Assembly (NCBI GenBank): GCA_030429765.1
Contig: JAUIER010000010.1
Coordinates: forward strand, 34,162-98,161
Length of the DNA: 64,000 bases
Source of the DNA: a bacterium
Lineage (GTDB): Bacteria > Omnitrophota > Gorgyraeia > Zapsychrales > Zapsychraceae
Reading direction: 5' to 3'
A model generated the notes under the pieces. The model had not been told where the DNA came from. It saw nothing but the letters and a program-made list of their open reading frames with translations, and searched no databases. Below are positions 9,565 through 19,213 of the stretch, piece after piece (within the stretch, counting starts at the first letter, position 1; each line of letters opens with the position of its first letter). The position numbers and the translations under genes were made by a program.

Positions 9565-11031
9565 ATGAATAAATTTATTGATTCGTTGCAGGGGTCATTA
9601 GGCTCTTCGGCACCGGGCGTGATCGGCGCGTTGGTTTATCTCATCGTCGGGATTGTCATCGCGAATATCGTCAAGGCCGTGATTAAAAAAGGAATGGGCA
9701 TCTTAAAGCTTAATGAGCGTTTCAATTCAAAGAGCGGTGAAGGGACCAAGGTCGATGTCGAGGGGGGAATCGCCACGGCCGGTTACTTCACGATTTTACT
9801 TATCACACTACTGGCCGTCTTCAATCAATTAGGACTTGAAGTCGCGTCACTTCCGATTCAATCACTTACCACCGACATCCTAAATTACATTCCGAACGTC
9901 ATCGGCGGGGGAGTTTTACTACTCGTTGCATGGCTTTGTAGCACGATTGTCAAACAAATCGTTACCGGAACATTGGGAGCGACTAGTCTTGACGAAAAGG
10001 TCAGCAGTGAGGCCAAGCCGCTAAGCGAGACAATTGGTGAGATTTCATATTGGTTGATTTTCTTGGTGTTTCTTCCGGGAATCCTGGGTGTATTCGGGTT
10101 GGAAGGACTATTGGAACCGGCCCAGACAATGGTCGACAAAATTTTGGGAATGATTCCTAACATTTTGGGAGCTGGTGTGCTGATCTTTGTAGGGTGGTTA
10201 ATCGCACGTATCTTGCGTGATATCGTGACAAACGTTCTGGCGGCGTCGGGGATTGATAACCTGGGCGAAAAGGCCGGCATGAACGAGAAAACCAAGCTGT
10301 CAAAGGTTGTCGGATTGGTTGTCTACTTCTTTACATTGATTCCGGCGATTATCTCCGGTTTGAACGCGTTGGAAATCGCGGCGATTGCTGATCCGGCGAC
10401 GGATATGCTGGGATCGATCATGGATATGATTCCAAACATTATCGGCGCCGTGGCGATTATCACGATTACGTATTTCGTCGCTCGTCCGGTTTCAGCCCTT
10501 GTGGGTAATATCCTAAGCGCGGCGGGCTTTGACAATGTCCCGACAAAATTAGGTTTCGAGAATGTCAAACAAAGCGCGTCACAGGCGACGGGAAAAATCG
10601 TCTTTTTCTTCATGATGCTCTTCGCCACGGTTGAGGCGTCGAATCAGCTGCAATTTGAACAATTATCATACTTGGTCGCCATGTTTATCCAGTTCGGCGG
10701 GCAGGTCTTATTAGGAAGTATGATCATTGCCGTCGGGCTCTGGATTGCCAACCTCGCCGGAGATGCCTTAAACAAGGCGGACAAGGATGGTCATACGCCG
10801 ATCGCTACGTTAGTGCGTGTCGTGATCCTTGGTTTGGTTCTGGCCATGGGACTTCGGTCGATGGGATTAGCCAATGACATCGTTAACATGGCGTTTGGAA
10901 TCACTCTGGGCGCGGCCGCGGTTGCCTTTGCGTTATCGTTTGGTCTTGGGGGACGTGAAGCCGCCGGCAAGCAAATGGAGATCTGGCTGGAAGATCTTCG
11001 CGGTTCAAGTAAGCGTACCAAAAAAAGCTAA
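9565..11031 (+). CDS. Conserved TM-helix repeat membrane protein (CmpX/small mechanosensitive channel-like)
   Basis: Five PN.IGA..I..VGW.IA repeats; C-terminal ALSFGLGGREAA motif; AAAGGAG RBS. Confidence 0.85.
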   Translation: MNKFIDSLQGSLGSSAPGVIGALVYLIVGIVIANIVKAVIKKGMGILKLNERFNSKSGEGTKVDVEGGIATAGYFTILLITLLAVFNQLGLEVASLPIQSLTTDILNYIPNVIGGGVLLLVAWLCSTIVKQIVTGTLGATSLDEKVSSEAKPLSETIGEISYWLIFLVFLPGILGVFGLEGLLEPAQTMVDKILGMIPNILGAGVLIFVGWLIARILRDIVTNVLAASGIDNLGEKAGMNEKTKLSKVVGLVVYFFTLIPAIISGLNALEIAAIADPATDMLGSIMDMIPNIIGAVAIITITYFVARPVSALVGNILSAAGFDNVPTKLGFENVKQSASQATGKIVFFFMMLFATVEASNQLQFEQLSYLVAMFIQFGGQVLLGSMIIAVGLWIANLAGDALNKADKDGHTPIATLVRVVILGLVLAMGLRSMGLANDIVNMAFGITLGAAAVAFALSFGLGGREAAGKQMEIWLEDLRGSSKRTKKS

Positions 11032-11069
11032 ATAGTTGGCAGTAATCATAAAAACAGGAGGTTACAACA

Positions 11070-11474
11070 ATGGCAGCATTAGAAGAAATTGAAGGAATCG
11101 GCCCTAGCTATGCGGAAAAATTAAAAGCGGGCGGCATCAAAACGATCGAACAATTGCTTGATGAAGGAAAGACACCGGCAGGCCGAAAAGCCATCGCCGA
11201 GAAGACATCCATCGGTGACAAGCAAATCCTTAAATGGTTAAACCGCGCTGATCTGGCCCGGATTAAAGGTGTCGGCGAAGAGTACGCAGATCTTCTGGAA
11301 TGCGCGGGTGTGGATACCGTTCCGGAATTGGCACAGCGAAATGCCGAAAATCTCACCGCCAAAATGGCTGAGGTGAACGAAGAGAAAAATTTGGTCAGAA
11401 GTTTACCATCACAAAAAGTAGTTGAAGGATGGGTAGCCCAGGCCAAAGAATTACCACGCGTTATCACATACTAA
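11070..11474 (+). CDS. DUF4332 helix-hairpin-helix protein
   Basis: IEGIGP.YA.KL, W.N.ADL.RIKGVG.EY..LLE.AGVDTV.ELA.RN signature. Confidence 0.88.
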   Translation: MAALEEIEGIGPSYAEKLKAGGIKTIEQLLDEGKTPAGRKAIAEKTSIGDKQILKWLNRADLARIKGVGEEYADLLECAGVDTVPELAQRNAENLTAKMAEVNEEKNLVRSLPSQKVVEGWVAQAKELPRVITY

Positions 11475-11493
11475 AAACCAGTTTGGGTTTCTG

Positions 11494-11526
11494 AAAGGGC
11501 GGTCATGCTTATGGCCGCCCTTTTTT
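11494..11526 (+). terminator. Rho-independent terminator
   Basis: AAAGGGCGGTCAT-gctt-ATGGCCGCCCTTT followed by T-run. Confidence 0.88.
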
Positions 11527-11639
11527 GTGGATTTGATCAACATGACGGCACAGGTGGATGAAAGCAGTAGACAGAATCCGGCTTTGCCGATAGAATAAGC
11601 CCGATTTCGGAATAATTTACAAGAAAAGGGAGGACTTTA

Positions 11640-12020
11640 ATGTTGCATCGAAAGTCGATGACGCTGATCGTCATTGTCGCATTGCTGCTTTCCGGAGTGA
11701 GCTTCGGGTTTATGTTCAAGAAAAAGAAGATCGATCCGGTATATCTCACGGCAGAGCAATTGGCCCAATACGACGGGAAAAACGGCCAACCGATGTATGT
11801 CGCGGTCGATGGTAAGATCTATGACCTCACCAAGTGCCGGTATTGGAAGGACGGAGTTCATGACAAAAGTCCGCAGGCCGCCATCGCCGGACGCGATCTC
11901 ACTGAGGTTCTTAAAACTTCCAAGCACGGAATCAAACGCGTGACACGCTATCCGCATGTCGGATTTCTGGTTGACTCCGTCGATGATATCCCTCAAAAAG
12001 AATCCCAAACTGATGAATGA
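11640..12020 (+). CDS. Cytochrome b5-like heme/steroid-binding protein with N-terminal signal/anchor
   Basis: T.EQLAQYDGKNGQP.YVAVDGKIYDLT...W..G.H...AGRDLT.....HG motif. Confidence 0.85.
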   Translation: MLHRKSMTLIVIVALLLSGVSFGFMFKKKKIDPVYLTAEQLAQYDGKNGQPMYVAVDGKIYDLTKCRYWKDGVHDKSPQAAIAGRDLTEVLKTSKHGIKRVTRYPHVGFLVDSVDDIPQKESQTDE

Positions 12021-12777
12021 AGTCCCTGAAACGCCAAAAAAGAAAAAACTAAAAGAGATCCCGGAGCTGCTGGCGGTTTCTAAGAAGGCCGGAAAGGCGA
12101 TTAAGGATTTCAATCTCATTAAGGCCGGAGACCGCATTGCGGTCGCTGTGTCGGGAGGGAAGGATAGTATTTCCCTTCTCCATATATTACGCCATCGTCT
12201 CAAAAAGAGTCCGGTGAAATTTGAATTTGTGGCGGTGCATATTGATTTCGAACTGTCGGATTTTGATCCTCAGGGGTTGATTGATTATCTCAAGCGGCAT
12301 GATTTTCCCTATATCGTCGAGACCGTCGACTGGATGAAAGGTCAGAATTATGATGAGATCGGCTGCTATTGGTGGTCACGCAACCGGCGCAAGGCCTTGT
12401 TTCAGCTGTGTGAACGGGAGGGGTTTAACAAGATCGCGCTGGGGCATCACATGGATGACATTGCCGAGACCATTATCCTTAATCAGTTCTATCGCGGTGA
12501 GGTCGGGGCGATGCGTCCGAATCAAGAATTATTTGAAGGGGAGATCACGTTAATTCGGCCGCTGGCATATGTGCGGGAGGATTTCATGGTTGAGCTGGCC
12601 GACAAGCTGGGGATTAATTCGATCGGCGGTCAATCTAAATGCGCCAATGATGATACCTCGCACCGGATGATTATCAAGAAAATGCTGCGGGACTTTGAGT
12701 CGCATAATCCCGACGTGGTGGTCAATATTTTTAACAGTCTTAGGCGGGTGCGTACGGACTATCTCATCGATCCATAA
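12013..12777 (+). CDS. ttcA: tRNA 2-thiocytidine(32) synthetase TtcA family (PP-loop ATPase)
   Basis: KAI.DF.LI..GDRI.VAVSGGKDS, KIALGHH.DD..ET, IRPLAYVRE; first CxxC reads CYWW. Confidence 0.8.
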   Translation: MNEVPETPKKKKLKEIPELLAVSKKAGKAIKDFNLIKAGDRIAVAVSGGKDSISLLHILRHRLKKSPVKFEFVAVHIDFELSDFDPQGLIDYLKRHDFPYIVETVDWMKGQNYDEIGCYWWSRNRRKALFQLCEREGFNKIALGHHMDDIAETIILNQFYRGEVGAMRPNQELFEGEITLIRPLAYVREDFMVELADKLGINSIGGQSKCANDDTSHRMIIKKMLRDFESHNPDVVVNIFNSLRRVRTDYLIDP

Positions 12778-12781
12778 ATAT

Positions 12782-13372
12782 ATGAGTTTGACGACGGACA
12801 TAATTGATTTTTGGTTCGAAGGCGTTGATGATTCGGTCAAGATTCAGAAAAAGCGCATGCCGTTTCGAAAATGGTTTCGATCAACACCTCAATTCGATGA
12901 GGAGATTCGACAGCGCTTTGAGCAATCCTTTCAAACGTTTATCGCGGATCCCGGCCCTGATTTGGATGCCAGGGACAAGCTTGCCGGGATTATCCTGTGT
13001 GATCAGTTGTCCCGAAATATGTTTCGCCATTCGCCGGAAGCCTTTTTGGGTGATATGCAGGCGCAACGCTTAGCCATCGAGCTGATCCGCACCAGCGAGG
13101 ATCGCGCGCTTTATTTGATCCATCGTGTCTTTGTGTATATGCCGTTGATGCATGCCGAGGATTTATCGCTGCAATGTCAATCGGTTAACAGCTTTACCCA
13201 ATTGGTGGAGGACAGTTCGACCATCAATCCGGAAAATACAGGTTACTATCAGTCTCAGCTGGATCACGCCCGGAAGTATTACAACATAATCAAACAATAC
13301 GGCCGGTTTCCGCACCGCAACAAGATTCTGGGTCGAACCTCAACAGCGGCGGAGCTGGAGTTTCTCTCATGA
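12782..13372 (+). CDS. DUF924-family protein
   Basis: IIDFWF, WF...FD.EIR.RF, IIL.DQ.SRN.FR, F.YMPLMHAE, I..YGRFPHRN.ILGR.ST. Confidence 0.9.
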   Translation: MSLTTDIIDFWFEGVDDSVKIQKKRMPFRKWFRSTPQFDEEIRQRFEQSFQTFIADPGPDLDARDKLAGIILCDQLSRNMFRHSPEAFLGDMQAQRLAIELIRTSEDRALYLIHRVFVYMPLMHAEDLSLQCQSVNSFTQLVEDSSTINPENTGYYQSQLDHARKYYNIIKQYGRFPHRNKILGRTSTAAELEFLS

Positions 13373-14031
13373 TCCGGCGCGTAGCCAAAGTTTTGCTGGT
13401 CTTGGCGGCTGTCGGATGCGCATACGTGCTGATGCTGTGGATCTGGTTCGGATCCGTTACGCCAAAGGTCCCGTATGAATTTCAGACGACCGCGGACGCG
13501 GTGGTGATCCTGATGGGAGAGGTCAATGCGGAATTTACCGATCTGGGGCGACAGACCATTCGACGCGTTAATCATGGGTATGATCTCTATCAGTCTGGCC
13601 GGGTCGCCAAAATCTTGTGCGTGGGCGGCAGTCGCCCGAGCCGATCGTTTTCCGGCGCCGCATTAATGCAGCAACGCTTGATCAATAAAGGGGTTCCGGC
13701 GGCGGACATCGTCCTCGAGCCGAAATCCTATGATACCCGGCTGAATATGCGTTTTGCCGCGGAGATCGCGCACGAGCACCAATGGCAGTCCGTGGTGATC
13801 GTGAGTTCACCGCTCCATGTGTATCGTATTCAGCGGATGCCGGCCTTGCGGCATTGGCAGGATATCCAGCTGCATTTTTCCGCTTTTAGGTATGATCAGG
13901 CAAATCCATCGATTACAATGGTCGAGAAGCTCCGTCACGCGCATTATGAGTGGATGTCTTATCTGGTCTACGCCTTGCCGGATTCTATGTATCAGAGGAT
14001 CGTCCGCGGTTTGAGAGAACAGGATTCATAA
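13369..14031 (+). CDS. YdcF/DUF218 (ElyC/SanA-like) protein
   Basis: N-terminal TM; ADAVVILMG, L...GVP..DI.LE.KS.DT..N, IVSS.LH.YR. Confidence 0.85.
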   Translation: MIRRVAKVLLVLAAVGCAYVLMLWIWFGSVTPKVPYEFQTTADAVVILMGEVNAEFTDLGRQTIRRVNHGYDLYQSGRVAKILCVGGSRPSRSFSGAALMQQRLINKGVPAADIVLEPKSYDTRLNMRFAAEIAHEHQWQSVVIVSSPLHVYRIQRMPALRHWQDIQLHFSAFRYDQANPSITMVEKLRHAHYEWMSYLVYALPDSMYQRIVRGLREQDS

Positions 14032-14778
14032 ATGAGATTGTCAGATTTTATAAAAGTGAGTTCATTCGTCCGATATATGCTGTTGCTTTGCAGCGTACTA
14101 GGCCTATTTCTCGTCGGAGAAAATGTTTGTCACGCAGAAACGACAGTGCTGGATTACAAGGCGTACAAGGTCAAGTCGGGGGAGATCATCGATCACTCCC
14201 GGGCCGTGATCACACCGCGTGATCCCCGAGGGTATGACATTAATTGGTCGATCACCAATGACGAATACACCCATTCGGATCGTTATGTCCTTGATGAAGG
14301 CTGGCGCACGCTGGAGTGGCATATTTATCTCTCTGACAGAGAGATTGATTACCGCGGTTTCAGAGAGGGAAAAACACTGTATCTTTCCGGCGTGTTTGAA
14401 GGCAAGCGCTTTGAGAAGGAGATTAAGCTGAGAAAGGATTTGCCCTTCTTATACAATCCCAAGATAGGTCTAAAAGGTTTCGCCGCCTCGGATCAAGAGC
14501 GTATTGAATTCTGGGGATTCCGGGGAGATAATTTGTCGGAATTTCTGATGAAAGCGGAAAAGCAGGGTGTGGCGTCCGTGCTGATTGACGGCCGGTCACA
14601 TGACGCACTCAAGATTTATTGGGCGGCGACCGGATTGGGGGAGCGTTTTTTCAATCGGGTCTACTATTATCGCCTTTCAGATGGTGAGTTTCTCACACAG
14701 GATCCCACCGACGGGTGGACGATGCATTTAATGGATGCCCGCGATCAAGCGGCGGAGGTTATTATTGATGCCGAATAG
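14032..14778 (+). CDS. Hypothetical exported protein
   Basis: Long ORF directly abutting neighbours; signal peptide ending CHA|E; beta-rich. Confidence 0.65.
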   Translation: MRLSDFIKVSSFVRYMLLLCSVLGLFLVGENVCHAETTVLDYKAYKVKSGEIIDHSRAVITPRDPRGYDINWSITNDEYTHSDRYVLDEGWRTLEWHIYLSDREIDYRGFREGKTLYLSGVFEGKRFEKEIKLRKDLPFLYNPKIGLKGFAASDQERIEFWGFRGDNLSEFLMKAEKQGVASVLIDGRSHDALKIYWAATGLGERFFNRVYYYRLSDGEFLTQDPTDGWTMHLMDARDQAAEVIIDAE

Positions 14779-15466
14779 TGTTTTAATAACGGGTGTTACC
14801 TCAGGTATCGGCGAACAATTGATGCATCGGTGTCTAGATGCCGGTATGAATGTGACCGGAGTGGTGCGTACCTCGGAACAAAAACAACAGCTGGACGCGC
14901 GGCAGCTGGACAGATTATCTGTGGTGGCGGCCGATTTGTCCGCGGCGGATCAGGTCGAGCGATTGTGTGCCGACCTAGCGGATAAGTCTTTTAGCCATGT
15001 GGTCATGAATGCCGGTTATGCTCAAGTCGGGACATTTGGTGAGCTTTCCGCGCAATCTATTGATGATATGCTGAACGTTAATTTGCGTTCCAATATGCGT
15101 TTGACACACGCGTTGCTGCCCCGGGCACTGAGTCTTTCGACAAAGCTGGTTTTCGTCAGCTCAATGGTCGCACATATGCCGGGCGGGAACTACGCGAGTT
15201 ATGCCGTATCCAAGGCGGGATTGAGTCATTTTTGCCGCTGTCTCCGACGGGAATATCCCACATTGCCGATTTTGTGTATTGAGATAGGTGCGGTGGACAC
15301 GCCGATGCATGAAAAATCAGGTAATCAGGTGACGAATAAAAAGATGTTTAAGTCCAAAGAAAAGATCGTCGGCCGGTTATTTGAGGCCATGCAGCATCAG
15401 ACAGGTGTGAAGACGTTGAGTTGGGATTGGACGGTCATTCGCCGTCTCATCAAAATGGTGGGTTGA
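14768..15466 (+). CDS. Short-chain dehydrogenase/reductase
   Basis: LITGVTSGIG, NAG, YAVSK catalytic motif. Confidence 0.9.
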   Translation: MPNSVLITGVTSGIGEQLMHRCLDAGMNVTGVVRTSEQKQQLDARQLDRLSVVAADLSAADQVERLCADLADKSFSHVVMNAGYAQVGTFGELSAQSIDDMLNVNLRSNMRLTHALLPRALSLSTKLVFVSSMVAHMPGGNYASYAVSKAGLSHFCRCLRREYPTLPILCIEIGAVDTPMHEKSGNQVTNKKMFKSKEKIVGRLFEAMQHQTGVKTLSWDWTVIRRLIKMVG

Positions 15467-15468
15467 TT

Positions 15469-16203
15469 ATGAAGCAGCGCGTTTTAATTACAGGTGGATC
15501 TGACGGCCTGGGCCGGGCATTGGGACGGTATTATCGTTCGGCCGGTGACGATGTATGGGTGATTGATATTCAGGAACCGAATGCGTCAGAGGGTTTTGAA
15601 TTTGTAGCCATGGATATGTCGGCCTTTTCTGCGGACGCGCTCAAGGCTTTGAAAGATCCATTTGATATTGTGATATGTAATGCCGGGATCAGCGTCAGCG
15701 GTGATTTTGTCACCATTCCGGATGACAAAGAAGATCAGGTGATGGATATCAACTTTACGGGACATCGCCGGTTGATTAAATATCTGTTATCAAAGCAGTT
15801 GATTAATCACAAGGGGCGAATCGCATTCGTCTGCTCAGCGACGCAGTATTTATCATTTCCGATCGCGCTGACCTATAGCGCCAGCAAGGGCGCGATGGAT
15901 GGGTTTGCGCAGGCGCTTGAATCATATTTGACGGCTCAGCAGATCTCGGTGACGCGAATCTATCCCGGCCCGATGAATACGGCGCACAGTAAATACTATC
16001 CGGGCGCGGCGACGGAAGGAGGGCGTAGGCCCGAGCAGTCGGTCCCGTCGATCGTCCGCGGGATTGAACGGCGTAAACGCAAGGTTTGTCCCGATCCGAT
16101 CAGTCGGTTTTACCGCGTTGCCTCGCGGATCGCGCCGCGGCAGCTGGCCCGCAAAACCTATACGTTTTACAAAGACAGGCTTCAGGATGGCGGCGAAGGG
16201 TAA
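15469..16203 (+). CDS. Short-chain dehydrogenase/reductase
   Basis: LITGGSDGLG, CNAG, YSASK, YPGPMNT. Confidence 0.9.
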   Translation: MKQRVLITGGSDGLGRALGRYYRSAGDDVWVIDIQEPNASEGFEFVAMDMSAFSADALKALKDPFDIVICNAGISVSGDFVTIPDDKEDQVMDINFTGHRRLIKYLLSKQLINHKGRIAFVCSATQYLSFPIALTYSASKGAMDGFAQALESYLTAQQISVTRIYPGPMNTAHSKYYPGAATEGGRRPEQSVPSIVRGIERRKRKVCPDPISRFYRVASRIAPRQLARKTYTFYKDRLQDGGEG

Positions 16204-16681
16204 GTTCACATTCCGAAAGATCCGTCAGACCCTGCCGAACGGAATTGTCAAGACGGTTGAGATGATCGATCATCCCGGTGCGGTGCTGATTGTTCCGTTT
16301 TTATCGCCACGGCGGATTATACTTCTTCGGCAATTTCGGCCGACACTCAACAAATATATCTACGAATTTCCCTGCGGAACGATTGATCCGCGGGAATCAC
16401 CTTTGCGCTGCGCCAAGCGGGAACTCATCGAAGAGACCGGATATGCGGCAACACGTGTGAGCAAGTTGGGCTGTCTGTATCCGGCGCCCGGCTATACCAA
16501 TGAAATCATTTATGTGTATCAGGCTGATCAGTTGACACCGGCTGAAGCCCAACAGGATGATGATGAGATCATTGAAACAATGGTCGTTTCTCGACGAGAT
16601 TTACACAAGATGCTGAAGCAGGGCGACTTACAAGATTCAAAAACAGTGGCCGCCCTCGTGCTCTGCGGTTGGTTGAAATAG
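16187..16681 (+). CDS. NUDIX hydrolase (ADP-ribose pyrophosphatase-like)
   Basis: HPGAV, RQFR, Nudix box GTIDPRESPLRCAKRELIEETGY, Y.APG..NE, DSKT. Confidence 0.9.
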   Translation: MAAKGKFTFRKIRQTLPNGIVKTVEMIDHPGAVLIVPFLSPRRIILLRQFRPTLNKYIYEFPCGTIDPRESPLRCAKRELIEETGYAATRVSKLGCLYPAPGYTNEIIYVYQADQLTPAEAQQDDDEIIETMVVSRRDLHKMLKQGDLQDSKTVAALVLCGWLK

Positions 16682-16831
16682 TTTATTATATAAACGCCTT
16701 CTTTAGAAGAGTTTAGAAAAAATCTTAAAATCACTCAAAAAAAAGGCTTGTCGGTTTTGAGATTTAACAGTAGAATGCCGGCGTAATTTGTTACGGATAT
16801 CATTGATCACTTTTTAGGGGAAAGTGAACAC

Positions 16832-17506
16832 ATGAGAATTCTATTAGTTGAAGATGAAGAAAAAATTGCCAGCTTTATCCAGCGCGGTCTGGCCGAGCAG
16901 CGGTTCACCGTGGATATGGCACCTGATGGCGAGGAGGGACTCTATCTCGCCGAAATCAATCCGTATGATCTGATCATTCTGGATCTGATGCTTCCCAAGA
17001 AAGACGGCATCTCCATTTGCCGTCAGCTCCGTGAACAAAAAAACAGCACGCCCATCCTCATGCTCACCGCGCGTGACGCCGTGAAGGACAAGGTATCCGG
17101 TCTGAACGCGGGCGCCGACGATTATCTTACCAAACCATTTTCTTTTAGCGAATTGCTGGCTCGAGTTCGGGCGTTGCTCAGGCGCGAGCGTAACGAAAAA
17201 GTTGACCAGCTGCGCGTGGGGGATCTCGAGCTGAACATGCTCAATCAGCAGGTCCGGCGGGATAATGAGACGATTACACTGACCAATAAAGAGTATGGAT
17301 TACTGGAGTATCTGATGCTTAATGCCAATCAGATCGTCACCCGCACGATGATTTCGGAACATGTCTGGAAAGAGGATTTCAACAGTTTCACCAATGTCAT
17401 TGATGTTCATATCCGTTATCTGCGTAATAAGATCGACAAAAACAAAAAGAAGAAGTTAATCCACACGGTCCGGGGTACAGGTTATATCTTGAAAGAAGAC
17501 AACTGA
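16832..17506 (+). CDS. OmpR/PhoB-family response regulator (CusR/CzcR-like)
   Basis: MRILLVEDE, LDLMLP, GADDYLTKPF, TNVIDVHIRYLR.KID, TVRG.GY. Confidence 0.95.
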   Translation: MRILLVEDEEKIASFIQRGLAEQRFTVDMAPDGEEGLYLAEINPYDLIILDLMLPKKDGISICRQLREQKNSTPILMLTARDAVKDKVSGLNAGADDYLTKPFSFSELLARVRALLRRERNEKVDQLRVGDLELNMLNQQVRRDNETITLTNKEYGLLEYLMLNANQIVTRTMISEHVWKEDFNSFTNVIDVHIRYLRNKIDKNKKKKLIHTVRGTGYILKEDN

Positions 17507-19023
17507 TGGCCCGCCGCGCTGTTCCCGCCGAAAAAAAGCCCCGCGTCAAGTATCACTCCATTACGTTCGAAGTCAGTTTTCTATACAGTCTGATCCTGGG
17601 GATTATTCTATTGATCTTCAGTGGCGTGCTCTACTTTATATTATTCCGTGCCGTCTATACCGAGCTCGACAAAGAGTTGGAACTGACGGCGACGAATATC
17701 AGTTCGTCGATCTACTCATATCTGGAGGTGCGGGGTGAGGAGGCCGAGCCCTTGAAGTTCGCCCTTGGGAAGACCATCGAACAAAAAGAAGAAAAACGCG
17801 TGCGCTGGTGGACCAAGAAGTTTGAGAAGCGCTGGATTAACCGGGTCGACCAGATGGATTTGTCGGATTATTACGTGAGTTTTATCTCAGTGAATCGGGC
17901 CTCGGTCGCGCGTTCGCCGGGGATGCCTGAAGATATGATCGACCTTTTCAGAGAGCAGGTGGATCTGTCGGATCCGGGCGCGACGACATTTTTTTCAATC
18001 AGTTATTCCAACCGTAAACTTCGTGTCATCAATTATCCGTTTTCCTATAAAGGCGAAGACAAGTATGTGATCCAGGTCGGTGTGTATCAGGAGGACATTA
18101 TCGATCTGATATTTAACTGGCTGACATCGGTCATGATCAGCATTCCGGTGATCCTGTTGTTGACGAGTTTTATCGGAAGCCTGTTTGTCCGGCGGATCCT
18201 CAAGCCGGTTGAGGAGACGGCGACCATTGCCCGGCGAATTTCCCGGGAAGATTTGTCTGCCCGGGTGAAAACACAGAATGTCTATAAAGAGGTCAAATAC
18301 CTGATTGATGACTTCAACGATATGATCGACCGTCTGGAGCGTTCTTTTAAACATATTGAGGAGTTCAGCGCGCATGTGGCGCACGAGCTCAAAACGCCGT
18401 TGACGATCATCAAGGGCGAGACGGAGCTGGCGATGCTGGAAGAGCGCTCGGTGGATGAATATAAACGGGCGATGCAGGTCAACCTCGAAGAAGTGGAGAA
18501 GATGCTCAGGATTATCAATGATCTGTTGCTATTAACCAAGCTGGATTATCAGCCGGAGGTGTTTCTATTTGAAACGGTGGAATTCGGCGGATACCTTAAT
18601 GAGATATTGAATCAGTCAAAATTTCTGGCCCAGAAAAAAGATATACAGATCACCACGCATTGGCTTGATCAGCCGGTGGATATTGAAGCCGATAAGGTGC
18701 ATCTTAGACGGCTGTTCTTTAATATTCTCGACAATGCCATAAAATTCACACCGCCTCAGGGAACGATCGATATCCGTGTTGAGCTGGATGATCACCGTAT
18801 CGTCACATCGATTAAGGATTCCGGCCCGGGGATTCCGCCTGACGAGGTGCAAAAGATTTTTGACCGGTTTTTCCGGTGCGCGAACTCCAGTGAACGCGGT
18901 TATGGGCTGGGATTAAGCATCGCGCAGTCCATCGCTCACCTGCATCAGGGCCGCATTCAGGTCGAAAGTGAGCTCGGCGCCGGTACGGTTTTTCATATTA
19001 TCCTTCCTGTTATTCCTTCGTAA
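17506..19023 (+). CDS. HAMP-domain sensor histidine kinase (CusS-like)
   Basis: Two TMs, HAMP, AHELKTPL H-box, NILDNAIKF, DSGPGI, GYGLGLSI. Confidence 0.95.
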   Translation: MARRAVPAEKKPRVKYHSITFEVSFLYSLILGIILLIFSGVLYFILFRAVYTELDKELELTATNISSSIYSYLEVRGEEAEPLKFALGKTIEQKEEKRVRWWTKKFEKRWINRVDQMDLSDYYVSFISVNRASVARSPGMPEDMIDLFREQVDLSDPGATTFFSISYSNRKLRVINYPFSYKGEDKYVIQVGVYQEDIIDLIFNWLTSVMISIPVILLLTSFIGSLFVRRILKPVEETATIARRISREDLSARVKTQNVYKEVKYLIDDFNDMIDRLERSFKHIEEFSAHVAHELKTPLTIIKGETELAMLEERSVDEYKRAMQVNLEEVEKMLRIINDLLLLTKLDYQPEVFLFETVEFGGYLNEILNQSKFLAQKKDIQITTHWLDQPVDIEADKVHLRRLFFNILDNAIKFTPPQGTIDIRVELDDHRIVTSIKDSGPGIPPDEVQKIFDRFFRCANSSERGYGLGLSIAQSIAHLHQGRIQVESELGAGTVFHIILPVIPS

Positions 19024-19061
19024 TCAACAACTTACAAAATAATTTCATTTCATTAAAAACT

Positions 19062-19106
19062 TTAATATTTTTTTAATCTTCTCTTAATCTTGCTTTTGGT
19101 ACATTG
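19062..19106 (+). promoter_or_regulatory. Three tandem TTAAT direct repeats at 11-bp period (putative OmpR-family binding site) plus extended -10
   Basis: TTAATATTTTT-TTAATCTTCTC-TTAATCTTGCT at 19062/19073/19084, followed by TGGTACATT. Confidence 0.6.
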
Positions 19107-19213
19107 TGGTCAGTTGAAGGGGAACTTAGCAAAGGAGGTGACCCGGGGAAAACAACATGTCACGTACGCATAAGTCAGAAAATCAAAAAACAAAATTTTT
19201 AGAAAGGAACAAA

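Noticed and set aside
11637-12203. 188-aa minus-strand ORF, and similar antisense ORFs at 4974-5573, 32176-32772, 36206-36775, 40391-41047, 46312-46950 and 51983-52507
   Set aside because: They lie antisense to well-supported genes and have no motifs or RBS; they are typical codon-bias shadow ORFs.
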